The notes under the pieces: model-generated | Databases searched by the model: none | The model's input: the letters and a program-made list of their open reading frames with translations, nothing else | What the model was told of the DNA's origin: nothing | Program-made: the position numbers and the translations under genes | Part shown: in pieces, positions 20,031-37,988 of the stretch | Layout: each line of letters starts with the position of its first letter | How positions within the stretch are numbered: the first letter of the stretch is position 1 | Origin: a virus | IMG/VR virus record: IMGVR_UViG_3300020160_000289 | Coordinates: 1 to 64,000 of that record | Length of the DNA stretch: 64,000 nucleotides | Strand: one strand, 5' to 3'

Positions 20031-20058
20031 TTCTTATCTCCAGTAATTAAGCTAATAT

Positions 20059-20250
20059 TTATCCTTCTGAACCGGGTCCCATTGGGCCGTTACCGGAAGG
20101 TTGTTGTTGCTGTACTTGTGGTCCAGCCTGTTGACGAATAGCATCGACCACTAAAAAACATGTTTCGTACGGCAGTTTGCCTAGGCCGGCCATTACGGTG
20201 TTTAGTTCATTAAGGTCTAATGTTAAAGTGATTTTTTGTTCTTGTGTCAT
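20059..20250 (-). CDS. Small hypothetical protein
   Basis: 63 aa; GGAG SD and TATAAATA at 20275-20282; LGKLPY motif. Confidence 0.65.
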   Translation of the reverse strand: MTQEQKITLTLDLNELNTVMAGLGKLPYETCFLVVDAIRQQAGPQVQQQQPSGNGPMGPGSEG

Positions 20251-20300
20251 GTTGGAAAACTCCTGTTATAGTATTATTTATATACGCAGTTAATAGGTGT

Positions 20301-20747
20301 TTAAATATCGGTTCTAGCAGGTTCTGCTACTGTAGGGATCGGAGTTACATTTGGATCCTGCCATGGCATTCTTTGAACTTGACGTTTGATATTTAAGTTT
20401 ACGCCAATTTTTGCGGCGATTGAGTCGTTAATGTGAGCGCGATAATTTGGCTCTTCAGCTATTGGTTGAATCCAACTTAGTACCATTTCTTCTGTTAACT
20501 CGTCGTAAGGTACAAATTCGCCTTCGGGAACATCGACAGATGTAAAAGGTGTAGCACCGTCAAATTTTCCTTCATTTCCGTTTTCGTCCGTACCAGTTTT
20601 ACGCCAGTAAGTTTGTACCACCGCGTTGCTGTTTGAGCCCTCATCTGAAACTTTCATCCCAGTTACTTCCCATTTAAATGTGACGGTAGAAGTTATGCCC
20701 CCTGGCCAACTCATTACGATTGATGCTGTTGTTGCTGTTGTTGACAC
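20301..20747 (-). CDS. Small tail-fibre-associated protein (paralog 3)
   Basis: TFKWEV...AVVQTYW...FVPYDELTEEMVLSWI...MPW; GTG start with GGAG SD. Confidence 0.65.
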   Translation of the reverse strand: MSTTATTASIVMSWPGGITSTVTFKWEVTGMKVSDEGSNSNAVVQTYWRKTGTDENGNEGKFDGATPFTSVDVPEGEFVPYDELTEEMVLSWIQPIAEEPNYRAHINDSIAAKIGVNLNIKRQVQRMPWQDPNVTPIPTVAEPARTDI

Positions 20748-20761
20748 AATAGTCTCCTGAT

Positions 20762-28282
<7,521 letters not shown>

Positions 28283-28318
28283 AGCTTATGACTTGTTATC
28301 CAATATTTATCTGTAAAT

Positions 28319-29017
28319 TTATGTTGTGATTTCCACAGTTTCGACTCTTGCTACAAACCTTACAGGGTTTGAATCTGCGGCAGTTGCTACTACTTGAAGT
28401 CCTCCGTATACTGTATCTGCTATGACATTGACGTCATAGGCAGCATTGCTTGACCAAATTTTTGTTTTGTTTACTACTTTTACAGCAGTAGAAGCAGTTC
28501 CTGTTACTTTAGAAATTATTCCATTAAATTCCCAAGCACCTTCGTTAGCAGATGTTGTGGCTTTTGCTGTAACTAAAATTTTAAAAGAAAACGCAGAATT
28601 ATTTGGTAGTATAATTTGATTAGTCGTTCCTGCCGCAGTTCCATCTGTAGTTAATGCGGTTGCTATTGCGGCGGCTACTTGTCTACGTAGTATATAAAAT
28701 CCTGCTTGAGCATCTCCGTCAAACTGGAAATTGCCCGAAGAGATTATATGAGCATAGTTAATGTTTCTAGTAATAGCACCAGGGCCTACTACAAGATTGC
28801 CAGCGATACCGGCTCCGCCATACACAACCAATCCGCCTGTAGCAGTACTAGTAGCATTTGTAGAAGTAGTTACAATTACTCTTTTAGCAGTAAACGGATC
28901 TAAGCTGGTAATTGCTGATTGAATCTGCCAGGCGTTGCCGTTCCAGACCCAGGTCCTGGTTCCTATATTATAGGTATCGCCTACATTGGGATTTGAGGGA
29001 AAATTTAAATCTGCCAT
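28319..29017 (-). CDS. Virion fibre-associated protein
   Basis: MADLNFPSNPNVGDTY...WVWNGNAW start; TSTATGGLVVYGGAGIAG repeat. Confidence 0.6.
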   Translation of the reverse strand: MADLNFPSNPNVGDTYNIGTRTWVWNGNAWQIQSAITSLDPFTAKRVIVTTSTNATSTATGGLVVYGGAGIAGNLVVGPGAITRNINYAHIISSGNFQFDGDAQAGFYILRRQVAAAIATALTTDGTAAGTTNQIILPNNSAFSFKILVTAKATTSANEGAWEFNGIISKVTGTASTAVKVVNKTKIWSSNAAYDVNVIADTVYGGLQVVATAADSNPVRFVARVETVEITT

Positions 29018-29042
29018 AATTAATTAACCGTTCTATTTAACA

Positions 29043-32000
29043 TTACATGGCTCCTGTAAATTGGATCCAATAGTACCGTGTACCACTCCATATCCACTGA
29101 TACTCAACGCCAATGCTTGGATCAATCCAAAAATCGCCCAACCTGTTAGTTGATGTTGTAGGTGGAGTAGTTGATACTGTTACCCTTGGTGTATATAACG
29201 GTGTTCCCCCTTGACTATAAACATCTCCTTGTATATAAACATCACCTGTAACGCCTATACCGCCCGATACTTGGACAGCATTACCTGCTACAGTTGATGT
29301 AGAATTGCCTGTGTTTGTAAACGAAACTATATTCGTAGTTGTAGCGCCACGGTTTGTTATACTCTGTAACGTGCTTGTATTCCATACAGTAACCGCGCCA
29401 GTTGAAGTGCTAATCGCTGTATCTGTTCCAGCAGTTATGAAGCTTACATAACTACCAACACCGCCTGTTCCTGATGTTAAAACTTCGTATCCAGCAACGA
29501 ATAATTTTTCACCAATATAAACTGTTCCGCCAATGCCTGCCCCGCCAATGATAGTTATTGCTCCGGTCAGTGTGCTTGTTGCCGAAGTAGAGTTGACTAA
29601 TTCTAAAGAACCAAATTTAGCAGATCCCCATGTTCCTGTATTAGAGAAAGCAGCCGGATAGTTTTCAACTCCGCCGGGATAGACATTAGTTTTATAAACT
29701 AATTTTTGAGTAGCATTATCCATACCTAAGAAGGCATGGTTATCATAGGCAGTATTAAGTGTGCTTGTTGTGTTATAGTGAAGTACTAGACCTCTATCGT
29801 ACCCGTCGTTAATGCCTAATAGCGTATCGTTGGCACCAGCGCCTAACTCGATAACAGGATCAGTTATATAAGTTTGTGTAGAATTTACAAAAGTTTGACT
29901 ACCAAATACCTGTAACGAACCATTAATTACTGCGTTACCGTTGACATTTAGTGCCCCGCCAATACCTACGCCACCAGTTACAACTAATGCTCCGTTGGTT
30001 GTAGCAGTACTTGCCGTAGCATTAGTAATACGAATAGCGTTATTAGTTGTAGATCCTCTATTCGTGACACTTTGTAAAGTACTAGTATTCGAGATTGTAA
30101 TAGTACCGGTATTGGATGTAACTGAAAGATCAGCACCTGCTGTTAGAGTTTGAACACCTAAGTTAGTAATGGTAACAATACCGGTACCGGAATTTACACC
30201 TATATAGGTCGAACCTTGTATAGCAATTACACCGGTGTTGTCAATAGTAAATGAAGTTGCTGTGCCAACAGTGACAGCACCGGATCTAATACTAATTCCT
30301 GTTCCGCCAACTGGGGTAACACTTGTTACGACTCGATTTGATTGATCGTAAAGGGCACCTGCGAATACGTTTCCTGCTATTCCTGCGCCACCTGCTATAA
30401 TTACAGCACCGGTACTTGTGCTTATTGAAGCAGTAGTAGCAGTTACATTAAGAATGCCGGAAACGTTAACAGTATTTAGATTTGAAGTAAGGAGAACGTC
30501 TAGAGTATTACCAATAGTTGCGTTACCTTGCGGAATGCTAAGTCCGCCAATAATGATTGAATTAGTGGTAGAATTTCCTCTGGAGGTAACAGCGGTAAGG
30601 TCGTCAATACTTTGAATTATTACGTTACCGGTACTGGTATTAATAGAAATACCGCCACCCGATGCTGTGTTAATAGATGTTACACCATAAGTTCCTAGGG
30701 TAGCATTTGTAATTACTAAACTTCCATTAGCATAGATGTTGTTAGCTTTAATATCTCCACCAACTTCTAGCTGTGCAGTAGCAGTGGTTACATTGATACC
30801 AACAAAATTTGAACCAAATCCTCCTTGTTGGACACGAATAACTTCATTTGGTCCAAGTGCTAAACCTAAAGCACTGTTTACATTTAGAGAAAAATATCCT
30901 GTTGAATTTGTTCCTGTAAAGTATAGATCTAATAATCCGCCAGTTGAATCGTTCCATGATTGGAGACGATAATTTCCGTTTACGTTTAATGGGGATCTCG
31001 AATCAACGCCACCGTCTCCAACAGTTACTTCTCCAGTTACATACGTTCGTTTAGCAACATACAATCCGCCGGATAACTGTACGGCAAATTGACTTCCGTT
31101 AATTGTAGCTTGAGATGTATTAGAGAATGTTATTGCTCTATCAGTTGTTGCCCCGCGCTGTGTAACTAATTGAAGAGTATCAGTTTCTGTCGTTAATGTC
31201 TTAACGCCATTTGAGTAAATGTCCTTGGCCCAAATGTCTCCAGTGACTCCGATACCGCCTGCTACTGTTAGTGCTCCAGTAGTAGTAGAAGTAGACGACG
31301 TAGCATTAGTAATGTTTATAGCATTAGTAGTAGTAAATCCTCTACCGGTCACTGTCTGCAAGGTGCTATTATTCCAAACATACACTTGTCCAGTTTGACT
31401 ACTTACCGAAGTATCAGTGCCGGCATATAGTGCTGTTATACCTAAACTGCCGATGCTACCTTGAGTAACAACTAAGCTACCGTCTGAATAGAGATTGGCA
31501 CCGTAAATATCGCCGCCGACACCTAATCCGCCAACTATAGTGACCGCACCAGTTACTGTACTAGTTGCCTGAGAAGTATTTGTAAATTGTACTACAACGT
31601 TAGTAGAACTTCCTCTACTGGTTACGGTCTGTAATGTGCTTGTAGTCCATACGGTTACTGCTCCAGTTGAAGTGTTTACCGCGGTATCTGTTCCGGCAGT
31701 AAGAGTTGTTACAGCATACTGAGGAATAGTTACAATAGAAATTAACTTGCCGTCGACGTCATAAAAGTTAGCGCCGCTATAAACTCTCTTGGCAAAGTAT
31801 GCTCCACCGTTGGATATTAGTGAGCCAGAACCACTACCGCTAGAATCGCCAGTACTTTCTAATTTTAGTGTACCAAATCTTGCGGCACCCCACGTTCCTA
31901 AACTAAGGAATGAAGGAGTAATTTGACTAAATGGTCCAGTGGCTACTCCAGTTTTAAAGATCAACGTTTCTGATGCGTTGTCCATACCAAAGAAGCTTCG

Positions 32001-34619
32001 TCTGTATGTTGCTGTGCTAATGACCGCGCTAGGATTATAGTGGAATAATAAACCTCGATCAAATCCGTCGTTTATTAAGATATCAGAATTGTCTGGGTTA
32101 GTACCTAAATCTATTACAGGGTCTGCGATAGAAGTCTGAGTACTGTTCACTATTGTGGTCGTACCTTTAACAGTTAGGTTACCAACAACAGTAGCACTTC
32201 CACCCACATAGATATCTTTGCCAATACCTACGCCACCGTTAACAACAATAGCACCGGTGGTGGTCGATACAGCATTATCCATGCTGGTAGCAAACAACTG
32301 ATTAGTAAAGTTTAAACTGCCGTTTACCTGTAGATCGCTTTCGATTGTGGTCAATGACCCCGATGGATCTAATACAAGATTACCGCTAATTGTTTGAACT
32401 CTGTTTGACGAGAATAATAATGAACCAACCTGAATACTTGTTGGCTGAAGCACTGACGCATTAACGCCGTCACTGATTGTTAAACTTGATAACGGTCCTA
32501 ATCTAAAGTTGGCCGTTCCAAAATCCACGTTGCCTGAACGCTGATTAATACGGAACTGATCGCCGACACGGAAATCTCCAAGTTGATCAACTGTTTGATA
32601 GTAAACTTTTGCGCCGTTTAGTTTGACAATTTCATTATCTTGTACAGTTAGTGTCGGATCGTTGGTAAAATCTTTTCCTGAGCCAATGAAGCTCATGTTA
32701 AACGCAATGGCTTTTATGTCAATACCTTCACCGTCGGCATAGATACCATAATTTCCGTAGCAGGCTGCGCTGCCGATACATCTTAACTCACCACCAAACT
32801 GTCTGTAGTCTGCTAGAGTAATCTGAAGGGCGCTGGCAACAACTGTGGCTGTATAAGAAGCAGTTGTTGAATAGATATTTTGTGCGCCCTGCCCATCATC
32901 TTTAAAATCTATACTGGTAGTGGCTCCATCTGCGTGGATCAATATTGTAGTATAAACATCAGAATTATAAGCAGTAGTGCTAGGAGTAAACGTGGTGGTG
33001 TTTCTACAAATGTTACTAACACGGATTTCATCCATGTAACCCTTTAACGATACACTAGGTACTACTCCGTTACCACCAATTTCTAAAGCATCGCTGTTAG
33101 TGATACTGGCTGTTGCTGTGGTAGTTCCTTCTAGAACACCGTTAACAAACAATCTGTTGGTGTTAAACGCATCTCGAGACATTTGCACATGATACCAACT
33201 GCCTGCGCTCAATGCTGTAGTTGCTGTGAATAGGATAGTACCGTGTTGGCCGACTAGCTTATTGTCGGCTCCAATGTACATACCAAAGGTAGTCGAAGGT
33301 GCCGACCCTTTGTTAAACAGTTGTTGTTTAGCATTAATGGAATCTAAATAGACCCAAGATTCTAACGTGTAGGCGTTTAGGCCGTACTGTAAATCACTGT
33401 CACTAACAATGTTTAATAAGTCGCCGTTGGTTGTAAAATGTGCTGATGCTGTTCCAATTTTACGTTGGAAGCTGTCCATTGCTACATTACCGTAGACATT
33501 AATTACTTTGCCGCTACGATCTTGTGCTTCAACAAAGCCGCTGGCCTTGCCAGTTAGATATATGTATTCTGGAGTTACTTCATTAATAACGCCACTAGCC
33601 GCTACGGTACCTGTAGAGCTGATGTAATATAAATTATGCCCTACGGTGAATGTACCTGTGCTGTTGGCTAATCGTAATCGTGTACGGCCGGCGCCGCCCC
33701 AACCGGCTGATCCACTTTCGTAATGGATTCCTTTGTTGGCAAAATAGCTAAAGCCGTTTAGTAACTCTACTCGTGTACCGTTAGTAACATATACTGCGGT
33801 AGCATTTGGAGTAATGAATGTTGCTTCGTTGAATAAAAATGCCGCTTCAAGACTGGTAGAATCTACAAGAGCACCATCTAAGTATGCGCCGCCACCAGCA
33901 TCTGTGCTGTCGTAGCCATATGGATCGCCTGATACAGGATTAGATCCTTTTGTAATAACACTAACTCGTTCTACATAGGGACTACGTGTTGTAATTTTCA
34001 TTCCAGGATCGTATTCAAACGCATAACCTGGTTTATAAAATCCGCCAACTGTAAGGTCGCTGATTGTAGTTTCGCCATTTAATAAAAATGCTGAACTGGT
34101 ATTTGTTGCTGTAGTAGGTTTTACATATACTTGTCGAAGGCCTGCGCCACGAACACTGACTCCGGTAGGAACAGTTAGTGGAAATTGTTCAGTATAGGTA
34201 CCAGCAAGGATGTGTACAACTGCATTTTCTCCCACTGCGCCCGCAAGCTCTAAACCTTGCTTAATTGTTTGTACTGCGCTCTGAGGAATTTTTCCGTTAG
34301 CAGTATCATCACCTTGTTCGGAAACATAAAATACATGTTGGTCGGCTCGAAGGATATCCGTACCTTGTATTCTTAGTGTTCCGCCAATGTTTACATCACT
34401 GGAAAAGCCAACGCCGCCTAAAACTGTTAGGGCACCAGAAGTTGAATTCGTCGAAGAAGTAGTGGAAACAATGTTTAGCGGGCCGCCAAACGTAGATTGG
34501 CCAGATAGGCCTATGCCCCCTTTGATTATTAGGGCACCTGTAGTTGTGCTTGTCGATGTGGCAGTTAATCCGTTAAGGACTACCGCACCGTTTTTAACGA
34601 TGAAATCACTTTGTGCCAT
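29043..34619 (-). CDS. Large virion fibre/appendage protein (beta-helix, LamG-like domain, glycine-rich repeats)
   Basis: FYVSEQGDD..G beta-helix start; TLESWVY/WYHV/GYMDEIRVS LamG motifs; many TGAxxxxGGxGI repeats. Confidence 0.7.
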   Translation of the reverse strand: MAQSDFIVKNGAVVLNGLTATSTSTTTGALIIKGGIGLSGQSTFGGPLNIVSTTSSTNSTSGALTVLGGVGFSSDVNIGGTLRIQGTDILRADQHVFYVSEQGDDTANGKIPQSAVQTIKQGLELAGAVGENAVVHILAGTYTEQFPLTVPTGVSVRGAGLRQVYVKPTTATNTSSAFLLNGETTISDLTVGGFYKPGYAFEYDPGMKITTRSPYVERVSVITKGSNPVSGDPYGYDSTDAGGGAYLDGALVDSTSLEAAFLFNEATFITPNATAVYVTNGTRVELLNGFSYFANKGIHYESGSAGWGGAGRTRLRLANSTGTFTVGHNLYYISSTGTVAASGVINEVTPEYIYLTGKASGFVEAQDRSGKVINVYGNVAMDSFQRKIGTASAHFTTNGDLLNIVSDSDLQYGLNAYTLESWVYLDSINAKQQLFNKGSAPSTTFGMYIGADNKLVGQHGTILFTATTALSAGSWYHVQMSRDAFNTNRLFVNGVLEGTTTATASITNSDALEIGGNGVVPSVSLKGYMDEIRVSNICRNTTTFTPSTTAYNSDVYTTILIHADGATTSIDFKDDGQGAQNIYSTTASYTATVVASALQITLADYRQFGGELRCIGSAACYGNYGIYADGEGIDIKAIAFNMSFIGSGKDFTNDPTLTVQDNEIVKLNGAKVYYQTVDQLGDFRVGDQFRINQRSGNVDFGTANFRLGPLSSLTISDGVNASVLQPTSIQVGSLLFSSNRVQTISGNLVLDPSGSLTTIESDLQVNGSLNFTNQLFATSMDNAVSTTTGAIVVNGGVGIGKDIYVGGSATVVGNLTVKGTTTIVNSTQTSIADPVIDLGTNPDNSDILINDGFDRGLLFHYNPSAVISTATYRRSFFGMDNASETLIFKTGVATGPFSQITPSFLSLGTWGAARFGTLKLESTGDSSGSGSGSLISNGGAYFAKRVYSGANFYDVDGKLISIVTIPQYAVTTLTAGTDTAVNTSTGAVTVWTTSTLQTVTSRGSSTNVVVQFTNTSQATSTVTGAVTIVGGLGVGGDIYGANLYSDGSLVVTQGSIGSLGITALYAGTDTSVSSQTGQVYVWNNSTLQTVTGRGFTTTNAINITNATSSTSTTTGALTVAGGIGVTGDIWAKDIYSNGVKTLTTETDTLQLVTQRGATTDRAITFSNTSQATINGSQFAVQLSGGLYVAKRTYVTGEVTVGDGGVDSRSPLNVNGNYRLQSWNDSTGGLLDLYFTGTNSTGYFSLNVNSALGLALGPNEVIRVQQGGFGSNFVGINVTTATAQLEVGGDIKANNIYANGSLVITNATLGTYGVTSINTASGGGISINTSTGNVIIQSIDDLTAVTSRGNSTTNSIIIGGLSIPQGNATIGNTLDVLLTSNLNTVNVSGILNVTATTASISTSTGAVIIAGGAGIAGNVFAGALYDQSNRVVTSVTPVGGTGISIRSGAVTVGTATSFTIDNTGVIAIQGSTYIGVNSGTGIVTITNLGVQTLTAGADLSVTSNTGTITISNTSTLQSVTNRGSTTNNAIRITNATASTATTNGALVVTGGVGIGGALNVNGNAVINGSLQVFGSQTFVNSTQTYITDPVIELGAGANDTLLGINDGYDRGLVLHYNTTSTLNTAYDNHAFLGMDNATQKLVYKTNVYPGGVENYPAAFSNTGTWGSAKFGSLELVNSTSATSTLTGAITIIGGAGIGGTVYIGEKLFVAGYEVLTSGTGGVGSYVSFITAGTDTAISTSTGAVTVWNTSTLQSITNRGATTTNIVSFTNTGNSTSTVAGNAVQVSGGIGVTGDVYIQGDVYSQGGTPLYTPRVTVSTTPPTTSTNRLGDFWIDPSIGVEYQWIWSGTRYYWIQFTGAM

Positions 34620-34674
34620 TCAGTTTCCCTTTCCACGTGAAGGCGGCTTTAATAGAAATATTTATCCGTATGTT

Positions 34675-34696
34675 AAAAAGGGCTCCTAAGAGCCCT
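34675..34696 (-). terminator. Intrinsic terminator
   Basis: AGGGCTC-TTAG-GAGCCCT plus T run on the minus strand. Confidence 0.7.
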
Positions 34697-34701
34697 AAGT
34701 G

Positions 34702-37700
34702 TTAGGTTACAATAGCCATTCGTAACGCTCGTATGTTCATACTCACCGGAGTATAGTTAGGAGTAAAGACCACTTGTATATCACCTGTGTTATAGCTAAC
34801 ATCAAATGCTCCAAGTTCTCCTGTGTTGGTAAGAATGCCATACTGACTGATGTACACGCCATTTTGTGTTGCGCTTCCGTCGTAAGTTACCATCAACTCT
34901 ACTACATGGAATTTATTAGGTGTACCAGTATCAGTCACTTGAACTAGATATTTTGCTGTTGTAAATTGATTTCCTACATAAGTATCGATCAATACTGGAC
35001 TAGTATCATTTTTACCCGCTACTTTAGAAGAACTAATTTTGTTAGAATCAGCCGCTGTTCCAGTACCAATTAATAGAGACCCTGCTTTAGCATAGCCGCC
35101 GGCAGTAATGTTTCCGCTGATACCTACGCCACCAAATACCTGTAATGCTCCAGTTGCTGTAGTACCGTCGTTTCCGCTAGATGTATTGATCCTTACATCA
35201 CCGTTGGAAACGTATAATGCCCATTTCTTAGTAGCAGTTGCGCCGCCAGTAAATGTTGGAGCATTATCGATATATAATGTGGTAGCATTGTCCCAGTTAG
35301 GCGCAAGTGTACCAAGTATTGTCGGTTGACCCAAACTGTGAATTGCTAAAGTACCGGCATTTGCTCCGATTGTTGTTAAATCAACATATGAAGAAGCAGG
35401 CAATGATAAACCTGCGCCAGTTGTTCCAATGACAGATTTTGATACTGTGCCGTTTCTTGTGATAGATCCGCCAATGTAAACATCTTTAGCAATGCCCGCA
35501 CCGCCATCAACAATTATCGCACCGCTATTTGTTCCAATGGATGTTGTTGTAGACTGTACACGTATGTTTCCGCCGATCCAAACATCTTGTCCAATACCTA
35601 CTCCGCCAACAACAGTTAAATCTCCTGTAGTCGTCGATACAGCATTTGATCCGCTGGTGATACTAGCAGTCTCAATATTGATTCTGGTAGCATTAATGGT
35701 CTTGCCAACGCCCAATCCACCGGCAATTACAATGGCACCTGTAGTTTTATCAGTACTATCAATAGTACTTAATACATCTAAACGTTCAACAGTCAATGTA
35801 TTAACAACACTAACCAATCCACCAACGTTTAAATCACCGTAAATGCCTGCGCCACCTTGTACAACCAATGCGCCTGTGTCGGAACTAGTGCTTTCTGTAG
35901 CATCGTATATTCTTGTTTGGCCGCCAACATTAAGTCTCTTGCCAATGCCAACACCGCCATCAACTACTAACGCACCGCTAGCGGTATTATAGGACTCTGT
36001 TAGATTGTAAACATGTATCGTACCTGTAGTAGTTACACTGCCGCCAATGTTAAGATCTTGACCAATACCAACGCCACCATTAATAATAACAGCACCGGTG
36101 CTAGTACCATATGACGGAGTTTGATTCGAGAAGTAGAATGTATTGGTAAATTCACCGCCAATTCCTGCGTTAACTGTACCGGTTGTTAAAATTTGTGCGC
36201 CGTTGATCCAGCCTTGATCGGCTACATACAAATACTTTGTGCCAATGCCGCCGTCTGGAACTTTTATAGCATTATTTTCAATGCTGGTTATGCTCCAATG
36301 CTCGGCTGTATTTGTTACAGTATTGGCAAATATAGAATTATTGCCAAAGTATGCTCCGCCTGTTACTCTTAAGGTGCCTGTTAAGTTGTCTGTTGAAACA
36401 TTATTGTCTCGTAAAACTAAACTACCAGCTTCTAAAGTACTCCAGGTCCCTGAGTTGTAGTAATCACCATACGGATCGTTACCGCCTACATCTGAATCGA
36501 TGCCTTGTTTAAAAATAAAGCGTTGTGTAGTATTTTCTAAACCTAAGAAAGCTCTAAAATCACTTGCTGTGTTGACAGCAGTTTGATAATGAATTAATAA
36601 ACCCTTGTCATAGATATCTGGTACTGTTAAGATACCTTTATTAGGAGCACCGCCAATATCAATTACAGGATCAACAATATATGTATTTGTAGAATTAACT
36701 GTTACCTGTGTACCTTGACCTAATAGTAATAAGTCGCCTTCAATTATGGCGCTGCCTTTAACTGTTAGATCTCTACCTACCCAAGCACCTCCAGCAACTA
36801 CTAATGCATTTGACGCTTCTGTTCCTGTAGAAGTAGCAGTACTTCCAATGATTAAATTCTTACCTATTCCAACGCCACCTGCTACAGTAAAAGGTGCTGT
36901 CGCAGAATCAGTAGCAATGGTATCATTAACAACTTTAATTGTATCGGCTGTTAAGTTTCTTCCAACAGCAACACCACCAGTTACTACTAATGCGCCTACA
37001 CCTTGACCTATTGAGTCCGTATTATCGGAAATTTGTATAAGACTTTCGAATCTCGATGGACCAGCAACTCCAATACCACCAGAAGTTATTTGAACAGCAT
37101 TGCCGCCTACAGTTGATGTACTGCCTTGATTAGATGTAAAGAATCCTCGTTGAGCCCATATGTCTTGTCCAACTCCGAGGCCGCCGTTAATAACAAGTGC
37201 GCCTGTTGAAGTTGATACAGCATTTTGTGTACTTTGAATAGTGGCCGTAGTTAGGACAGCAAGATAGCCACCAACATAAACATTACCGCTGATGCCTGCT
37301 CCACCGCCTTTAGACAGTATCAACGCACCGGTTTGTGTACTAACTGCCTGCGTACTTGTGGAAATTAAGATACCGTCGGGGAATTCTGCCAAACCTACGT
37401 TTGCTGTAGCACGAGTTAAAATTTCGCTGTCGTTTAATTGGAACGGACCGTAAAAGCTGCCGCCGCCTTGACCGTAAATTCCGTTACCAAAACTAATACC
37501 GCCATTAACCTGTAGGGCTTGGCCTGCTGCAGTTGATGTACTGCCTTTTGTTTCGCCGATGAAGACTGTACCAGAAGTAATATAAACTGACCAGGCTTTT
37601 TCAATTGTTAAATTGGCGCCACCTGTTGGTGCGCCTTTAATATATAAACTTGTTGCGTTTGTATAGGTTGCGTTTTCACTAACTGCGTCTAAAACACTGC

Positions 37701-37968
37701 TACCAAAGTAGTTTACAACGCCCCAGGCTGTTCTACCAGATGTTAAACTATCTGTAAATGTGGCATCGCCTAAGGCAAATTGGGCACCCAGGTTATGATT
37801 AATACCAGTTACATTACCTGTTCGTTTGATGGAACCTGCAATGTTAACATCTTTTGCGATTCCTGCTCCGCCGTAGACAATTAAAGCGCCGCTAGTAGTG
37901 TTGGTAGATTGGGTTACCCCTTCTATCTGCAGGCCTTCCTTGACAACGAAATCTTTATATAGTGCCAT
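34702..37968 (-). CDS. Repeat-rich virion fibre protein
   Basis: KDFVVKEGL start like the 1858-aa ORF; many STxTGALVVxGGVGIG repeats; C-terminal AKYLVQV..FHVVEL domain. Confidence 0.7.
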   Translation of the reverse strand: MALYKDFVVKEGLQIEGVTQSTNTTSGALIVYGGAGIAKDVNIAGSIKRTGNVTGINHNLGAQFALGDATFTDSLTSGRTAWGVVNYFGSSVLDAVSENATYTNATSLYIKGAPTGGANLTIEKAWSVYITSGTVFIGETKGSTSTAAGQALQVNGGISFGNGIYGQGGGSFYGPFQLNDSEILTRATANVGLAEFPDGILISTSTQAVSTQTGALILSKGGGAGISGNVYVGGYLAVLTTATIQSTQNAVSTSTGALVINGGLGVGQDIWAQRGFFTSNQGSTSTVGGNAVQITSGGIGVAGPSRFESLIQISDNTDSIGQGVGALVVTGGVAVGRNLTADTIKVVNDTIATDSATAPFTVAGGVGIGKNLIIGSTATSTGTEASNALVVAGGAWVGRDLTVKGSAIIEGDLLLLGQGTQVTVNSTNTYIVDPVIDIGGAPNKGILTVPDIYDKGLLIHYQTAVNTASDFRAFLGLENTTQRFIFKQGIDSDVGGNDPYGDYYNSGTWSTLEAGSLVLRDNNVSTDNLTGTLRVTGGAYFGNNSIFANTVTNTAEHWSITSIENNAIKVPDGGIGTKYLYVADQGWINGAQILTTGTVNAGIGGEFTNTFYFSNQTPSYGTSTGAVIINGGVGIGQDLNIGGSVTTTGTIHVYNLTESYNTASGALVVDGGVGIGKRLNVGGQTRIYDATESTSSDTGALVVQGGAGIYGDLNVGGLVSVVNTLTVERLDVLSTIDSTDKTTGAIVIAGGLGVGKTINATRINIETASITSGSNAVSTTTGDLTVVGGVGIGQDVWIGGNIRVQSTTTSIGTNSGAIIVDGGAGIAKDVYIGGSITRNGTVSKSVIGTTGAGLSLPASSYVDLTTIGANAGTLAIHSLGQPTILGTLAPNWDNATTLYIDNAPTFTGGATATKKWALYVSNGDVRINTSSGNDGTTATGALQVFGGVGISGNITAGGYAKAGSLLIGTGTAADSNKISSSKVAGKNDTSPVLIDTYVGNQFTTAKYLVQVTDTGTPNKFHVVELMVTYDGSATQNGVYISQYGILTNTGELGAFDVSYNTGDIQVVFTPNYTPVSMNIRALRMAIVT

Positions 37969-37988
37969 TTCTTTTTAATCCTTAAAGT

